This document shows, piece by piece, positions 34,404 to 39,278 of a stretch of 39,278 nucleotides of DNA (positions are counted from its first letter, which is position 1; the number at the start of each line of letters is the position of its first letter). The notes under the pieces were generated by a model. That model ran no database searches, was not told the DNA's origin, and saw only the letters and a list, made by a program, of their open reading frames with translations. The position numbers and the translations under genes were made by a program. This DNA comes from a virus (lineage: Duplodnaviria; Caudoviricetes): positions 1 to 39,278 of the IMG/VR virus record IMGVR_UViG_3300043118_000021. One strand, given 5' to 3'.

Positions 34404-36581
34404 TTATAACACTTCCTCACTCAGATCATCTCCATACCAATAATTAGTAATCTCTGTATCTACTTTCATAGGCATATCTAAAAGATCTTCTCCTACTTTT
34501 TTCATATCCGCCTCAACATATTCAACAATCTCTTTTATATTCTCTTTAGGACACTCCATTATCATCTCATCATGAATAGTCATTAATAACTTAGCTCCTA
34601 ATTCTTGCAGTCTCTCATCCTCATATACCCTAATCATAGCTTTTTTCATAATATCTCCTGCTGTACCTTGAATAACTGAATTTAAACATTGTCTATGAGC
34701 TAATTGATATTTATAATTATCTTTATTATCTAACTGCATATTAGGTAATCTTCTCTTCCTACCATCTACTGTATTTACATATCCTAATGTCTCCGCCTGA
34801 TGTATTACTTTTCTCCTTGTCTTTTCTACTGCTGGGTAACTTTTCAAGAAATTATCTACTAATTTCTGCCCCCAACTCTCACTCTCTCCAAACTGCTCTC
34901 CAATAGCTTTAGCTCCCCGCTCATACATTATCCCTAAAAGTACTGATTTAACCTGACTTCTTCGCTTATCTCCTTCTGGCTGATATTCTCCAGTCTCAGG
35001 ATGAAACTCTAAACAATCTTCATAAGGCACATTAAATATTCTACTACCCATTTGAGCATATAAATCTTTTCCTTCCTTATATGCTTTCTTCATCTCTTTA
35101 TCTCCACTAATACTTGCAAGGGTGCGGGGCTCAATTTGACTGTAATCTGAGCTGATCATATAATATCCCTCTCTTGGCTTAAACATCTTCCTGATCTCTT
35201 TCCCTAATTTACTTCTTGCAGGTATATTCTGTAAATTAATTCTATATACAGGATGAGAACTACTAAATCTACCTGTTACTGTACCAATCTGATTGAAATT
35301 AGTGTGAACTGCTCCAGTCTTTTCCTCCACAACTTTAGGTATTTTCTCTACATAAGTTCCTAATAATTTTTTAATCTCTCTATATTTTAATAACAGATCT
35401 ATAAATCTAACTAAATCTTTCTGCTTACTTTCCCGCTCTTTTAATTTTACTAATATCTCTTCTCCTGTACTTAAATTATCAACCCAACCTTTATTTCTCT
35501 TATATTTCCTGAATGGCTTTAAATTTAATACTTCATAAAATAAATACTTTAGCTGATCATAACTATTATAATTTATCTTTCCATTATCACTTAATCTCTC
35601 TAACTCTTCATGATCTAATATTAAATCTTTAATAGGCTTTAATATTTCATCCATTTCTTCCTCTGTCTTATCTACCATTTTTACCATTCTTTCTCTTAAT
35701 TCTTCCGCAAAATCATCTCTAATTTCTACTCCTCTTAACTCCATATCTATTAATAATGGTAATAACTCCATTTCAATATTATGAAATACATGAGATATTT
35801 TTCTAAAATCAGCTCTATCATGATCCATCCTGATATACTTTTTCTGAAACTGATATAATTTATATGTCTTATATGGATCATTCGCACCATAAACTTTAGC
35901 CACTTCTAATGGTATATAATTAAAAGGAAAATTATTTCCAAAATAATCTCCATAATCTTTTTCACTCGCATCTTTATTAACATATTTTTTATATAAAGGT
36001 TTTAATCCATGAGGCTCATTTTCATTTAATAAATGAGATGCAATCATTGTATCCCAATAAATATTTTTAATATCAATTCCCCAATTAAATTTAATAACCT
36101 TAGCATCATATTTTAAATTATGATTAATTACTTTAACCTTATTACTCTCTAAAACAGGTTTTAACATACCTTTTACTACTTCCTCATCCATTTGACCATC
36201 TAATCTATTATTCTTAATATCAGTATGATTTAAAGGCACATAAATGCTCTTATCATACTCATTCGGAGCATATAAACACACTCCTACTACCATATCCTGC
36301 ATAACTGATAAACCTGTAGTCTCCATATCAATTACTAACTCATCATTAACTAAATTTAAATACTCTTCCAACTCTTTTCTATCTGTTATTAATTGCTCAT
36401 TACATACTGACTCTAATTCATTATTTCTTAATAATTCATAAGCCTTTTCTATTCCCGCCTGTATTTTATTATAAACTCTTGTCTTTCCTGTCCTGCAATT
36501 CTTTTTATGATCTAACCTATTACTTAAATCTTTCATTTCTTTTTGAGATCTATTGACATCTAAATTTAAATCTCTACTCAC
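34404..36581 (-). CDS. polA: DNA polymerase family A with 3'-5' exonuclease
   Basis: DMETTG, HNLKYD, TGRFSS, NLQNIP, DYSQIE, R..VK..LLG.MY and IHDE motifs. Confidence 0.96.
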   Translation of the reverse strand: MSRDLNLDVNRSQKEMKDLSNRLDHKKNCRTGKTRVYNKIQAGIEKAYELLRNNELESVCNEQLITDRKELEEYLNLVNDELVIDMETTGLSVMQDMVVGVCLYAPNEYDKSIYVPLNHTDIKNNRLDGQMDEEVVKGMLKPVLESNKVKVINHNLKYDAKVIKFNWGIDIKNIYWDTMIASHLLNENEPHGLKPLYKKYVNKDASEKDYGDYFGNNFPFNYIPLEVAKVYGANDPYKTYKLYQFQKKYIRMDHDRADFRKISHVFHNIEMELLPLLIDMELRGVEIRDDFAEELRERMVKMVDKTEEEMDEILKPIKDLILDHEELERLSDNGKINYNSYDQLKYLFYEVLNLKPFRKYKRNKGWVDNLSTGEEILVKLKERESKQKDLVRFIDLLLKYREIKKLLGTYVEKIPKVVEEKTGAVHTNFNQIGTVTGRFSSSHPVYRINLQNIPARSKLGKEIRKMFKPREGYYMISSDYSQIEPRTLASISGDKEMKKAYKEGKDLYAQMGSRIFNVPYEDCLEFHPETGEYQPEGDKRRSQVKSVLLGIMYERGAKAIGEQFGESESWGQKLVDNFLKSYPAVEKTRRKVIHQAETLGYVNTVDGRKRRLPNMQLDNKDNYKYQLAHRQCLNSVIQGTAGDIMKKAMIRVYEDERLQELGAKLLMTIHDEMIMECPKENIKEIVEYVEADMKKVGEDLLDMPMKVDTEITNYWYGDDLSEEVL

Positions 36582-36583
36582 AA

Positions 36584-36775
36584 TTACACCTCCAACTCCT
36601 TAAGCAAATCCTGTTTAAAATAGAATAAATTGCAACCTCTGCATCCTGAATTTTAATTAGGGTAATTACCGCACTCATTATTCAATATCAATTTTAAATA
36701 TTTAACCTCTTCACTGCTATCTAAATTGATTTTAGCCTTTTTAATATCTACTTTTTTCTCTTTGCTGACTCTCAT
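36584..36775 (-). pseudogene. Small ORF interrupted by an in-frame TAA
   Basis: GGAGGAGG RBS; MRVSKEKK...ECGNYPN*NSGCRGC...KELEV*; TAA at 36653-36655. Confidence 0.45.
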
Positions 36776-36791
36776 TAAATCCTCCTCCATT

Positions 36792-36822
36792 AAAAATAAA
36801 GGTAGAGGTTTTAGCCTCTACC
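36792..36822 (-). terminator. Terminator after SSB
   Basis: GGTAGAGG...CCTCTACC-TTTATTTTT. Confidence 0.75.
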
Positions 36823-36831
36823 CAACATTAA

Positions 36832-37440
36832 TTAAAATACTCCTGTATCCCCACTACTATCATCATCCTTATCATTGAAAGGATTATATTCACCTTTCAT
36901 AGCCTTTCTCATTTGCTCCTCATTCATACTCATACAGAAAAAACTCTTTTCTCCTACTACATCAGGTTTATCAGGTAACTCATCCATTTCTTCTTTATCT
37001 TTAGGGAAGAAAGAATAAAAAGTATCTGTACTACCTTTTTTACCATTTCTTTTAATTTTCCAATCTCTTGCACCTAAATCTCCATACTCATCATATAAAG
37101 ATATTAGATTTTTAATATCAGTTAATCCTCTTTCCCAAACCTGCTTTTCTCCTCTTTCTGTATTCCCCTCTTTTACAATTAATGGTATCCAAACTCTTAA
37201 AGAAGGATTATCCCCGCTTGCACACATAGGACAATTCTTTCCTAAGCACTTAACTCTTTTATGCCAATTACCGATCTTAATAGTATGAACTTCATGAGTA
37301 AACTCCTCAATATCATCAATATTATTAATCAATAATCTGACTAACGCTGTATCTCCATCATCTTTTAAACTAAACCAGCTCCAATTATCAAAATTACCTT
37401 TTCCCTCAGCATACTTATCAACTAAATCTCTTAAACCCAT
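36832..37440 (-). CDS. gp32-like single-stranded DNA-binding protein
   Basis: FSLKDDGD, VH..C...CPMC zinc site, VWERG, KIKRNG..G..TFY, acidic tail ending in F. Confidence 0.8.
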   Translation of the reverse strand: MGLRDLVDKYAEGKGNFDNWSWFSLKDDGDTALVRLLINNIDDIEEFTHEVHTIKIGNWHKRVKCLGKNCPMCASGDNPSLRVWIPLIVKEGNTERGEKQVWERGLTDIKNLISLYDEYGDLGARDWKIKRNGKKGSTDTFYSFFPKDKEEMDELPDKPDVVGEKSFFCMSMNEEQMRKAMKGEYNPFNDKDDDSSGDTGVF

Positions 37441-37634
37441 AACTTATGCACTCTCCTTAATTAATTTTAATGTACTAAATAATGAACTAACTACAAACCT
37501 CTTATCCTTTCTTAATTTACTTCCTATACTTACATCAACTTCATTATCACCCTTCCTCTTGATCACTATTGCATTTCCTTTTATAATTTCTATTATCATT
37601 CTTACTTTATCCACTTCATCACCTCGCTCAATTA

Positions 37635-37665
37635 TATATAAAAGATATAAAGCCCATTTTTTAAG
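37635..37665 (-). promoter_or_regulatory. Putative middle-class promoter M7
   Basis: CTTAAA-N14-TCTTTTATATA. Confidence 0.7.
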
Positions 37666-37674
37666 TATAAAACA

Positions 37675-37701
37675 AAAAAAAAAAAAGAGCCTCTCGGCTC
37701 T
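37675..37701 (-). terminator. Terminator after sigma gene
   Basis: AGAGCC-GAGA-GGCTCT plus T tract. Confidence 0.9.
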
Positions 37702-37708
37702 CCTCCTT

Positions 37709-38317
37709 CTAAGCTATTGATAATCTTAAGCTCATTTTACCTTTTATTTTACCTATTAAATAAGAGATCCCTGCTGGCGTAACATCTAACTTCCTCGCTA
37801 TCTCGCTTTTATTTGTATATCCCTTTACTAATAAATTACAAATTACCATCTCTTTTCTATCTAAATCCAATTCTTCTAAAAAACATTTTAATTCTACTTC
37901 TCTATAATCATTAACTGTAAAAGATAATGTCTCAGCTAACTCTGCTCCCAGCTCAATATCATTACTTTCATTTACCATTTCCATTGAATAATCATCACCA
38001 TGAACATTACTTCTTTTTTGAGTATTAAATTTATTATAAATAACTCTGAGCCTATTTGTGAAATATGTATTACATAATGTACTTACTTTACTTCCATTAT
38101 TTTCATCAAAATCATCTAATACATCAAATAAGACTATTACCAGCTCACTTTTAATATCATCTTTATCCATAGGCAAGCTATTTTCCCACTTATTAGCTAC
38201 TCCTCTGATTACCCCTTGCAGATCATCAACAATACTTACAAATAAATCATCCTTTAACTTCTTATCCTCTGCCAACTGGTACTTTACAACCTTCTGCTCA
38301 ACTGTTAGATTATTCAA
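37709..38317 (-). CDS. Phage-encoded sigma70-family sigma factor
   Basis: Region 2 (DKDDIKSEL...FDENNGSKVST) and region 4 HTH (GYTNKSEIARKLDVT). Confidence 0.82.
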   Translation of the reverse strand: MNNLTVEQKVVKYQLAEDKKLKDDLFVSIVDDLQGVIRGVANKWENSLPMDKDDIKSELVIVLFDVLDDFDENNGSKVSTLCNTYFTNRLRVIYNKFNTQKRSNVHGDDYSMEMVNESNDIELGAELAETLSFTVNDYREVELKCFLEELDLDRKEMVICNLLVKGYTNKSEIARKLDVTPAGISYLIGKIKGKMSLRLSIA

Positions 38318-38333
38318 TGCAAATCTCCCCCGA

Positions 38334-39278
38334 TTAATATTTTATTATTTGCTGGAACTCTTGGTAGGTTAGCTGATTTAAATCTTTGAGCTTTTCTTGA
38401 TCATTCCAATTATTAAAAATTTTTTTCCACTCAGTATTCCACATTTTAAATCCTTTTGGAATTAATTTATCTTTCATTTTACGCCAACCTTTACGCCCCG
38501 CATCATCCCTATCCATTCCATCAATTAAATCTCTTATCGGACTTTTCTCTAACTCCTTAGCCTGTAAATCTGATATATGACTCCCCATTATTGCAATTGC
38601 CTTTATTCCCCAGCCCCACAATGTTAAAGCATCAATTTCACTTTCACAAACCCATATTTTTTCGCCTTTATAATCTTTTTCTACATGATATAATCCAAAA
38701 ATAACTCCAGCTTTATTACTTCCTGTACTATTAAAAAATCTTTTTCCTTCTATACTCCTTTCTTTTATCATTACCACTTTTCCTGATCTATTTAATACAG
38801 GTATTGTAATACTCTCATGATCTTCATTATATCCAATTAAAAATTTATCTCTTACCTTATTTATTTTCCGCCTCTTTAAATAATTAATACTTGCCGAACA
38901 TTTGTTCTTATTATACGCCTGTACTTTATCAATGTCAATATATTTTTCTTTATTTTCTTGATTTTCTGACCTTTCGACATTAATAGTCAAATTCCTCTCA
39001 CTATTACTACCGCCACTAAACTTTTCAATCAAATATCTCCACGCTTTAAATCTATCAACCTCTTTTACATCTGCTATTAATTTAGTTAAATTAGCTGTAT
39101 AACCACAACTATAGCAATGTACTGTTCCTGCTGGATATTTTTTACCATTTCTCTTCACCTCATCTTTACTTATCCCCATGCTCGGCTTATTTTCCATTCC
39201 TCCTTTATGAAAAGGACAAGTAACCATTACATCTTTATCATTAACTTTCAGATCTTTAAAAACACCTTCTTCTATCTT
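38334..39278 (-). CDS. DNA primase (CHC2 zinc finger + TOPRIM), probably 5'-truncated by window
   Basis: CPFH, HCYSC, CESEIDA and DRDDAG motifs; frame open to the window edge. Confidence 0.92.
   Translation of the reverse strand, partial: KIEEGVFKDLKVNDKDVMVTCPFHKGGMENKPSMGISKDEVKRNGKKYPAGTVHCYSCGYTANLTKLIADVKEVDRFKAWRYLIEKFSGGSNSERNLTINVERSENQENKEKYIDIDKVQAYNKNKCSASINYLKRRKINKVRDKFLIGYNEDHESITIPVLNRSGKVVMIKERSIEGKRFFNSTGSNKAGVIFGLYHVEKDYKGEKIWVCESEIDALTLWGWGIKAIAIMGSHISDLQAKELEKSPIRDLIDGMDRDDAGRKGWRKMKDKLIPKGFKMWNTEWKKIFNNWNDQEKLKDLNQLTYQEFQQIIKY

Noticed and set aside
387-38372. All plus-strand ORFs in the track (387, 1345, 4105, 8001, 19416, 19550, 22755, 33984, 36244, 38058)
   Set aside because: Antisense shadows of minus-strand genes; Ser/Leu/Ile/Phe-rich, no recognisable motifs
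1-39278. Stop-codon reassignment
   Set aside because: Conserved genes are full length in code 11 and TAA, TAG and TGA all end genes; only one isolated in-frame TAA was seen
1-39278. GATC enrichment linked to the methyltransferase
   Set aside because: A rough look at the first few kb was near expectation for this composition; needs a real k-mer count, and the enzyme's target is unknown

Overview
A 39-kb segment of an AT-rich tailed phage, probably temperate and infecting a Bacillota (Firmicutes) host; essentially every gene is on the minus strand. Reading in transcription order (right to left) it encodes: a replication/recombination module (primase, phage sigma factor, gp32-like SSB, PolA with Leu at the 762 position, Cas4-like exonuclease, RecU, RecA, a second resolvase-like nuclease); a class II ribonucleotide reductase split by a group I intron and followed by two unannotated Cys-rich mini-ORFs, one a minimal ferredoxin:thioredoxin-reductase catalytic domain; a lytic transglycosylase, dUTPase and MazG-like protein; a ParB-like gene paired with a GT-A glycosyltransferase; many small ORFs; a metallophosphoesterase, CYTH, TerS, TerL and a Dam-type methyltransferase. 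An island of sigmaA-driven cassettes follows, containing the 5' half of a tRNA-Arg(UCU) (likely attP) and a tyrosine integrase, and then PhoH, portal, minor head, scaffold, major capsid and head-completion genes. Three promoter classes can be read directly from the sequence. All protein family calls are motif recognition by eye, not database results.
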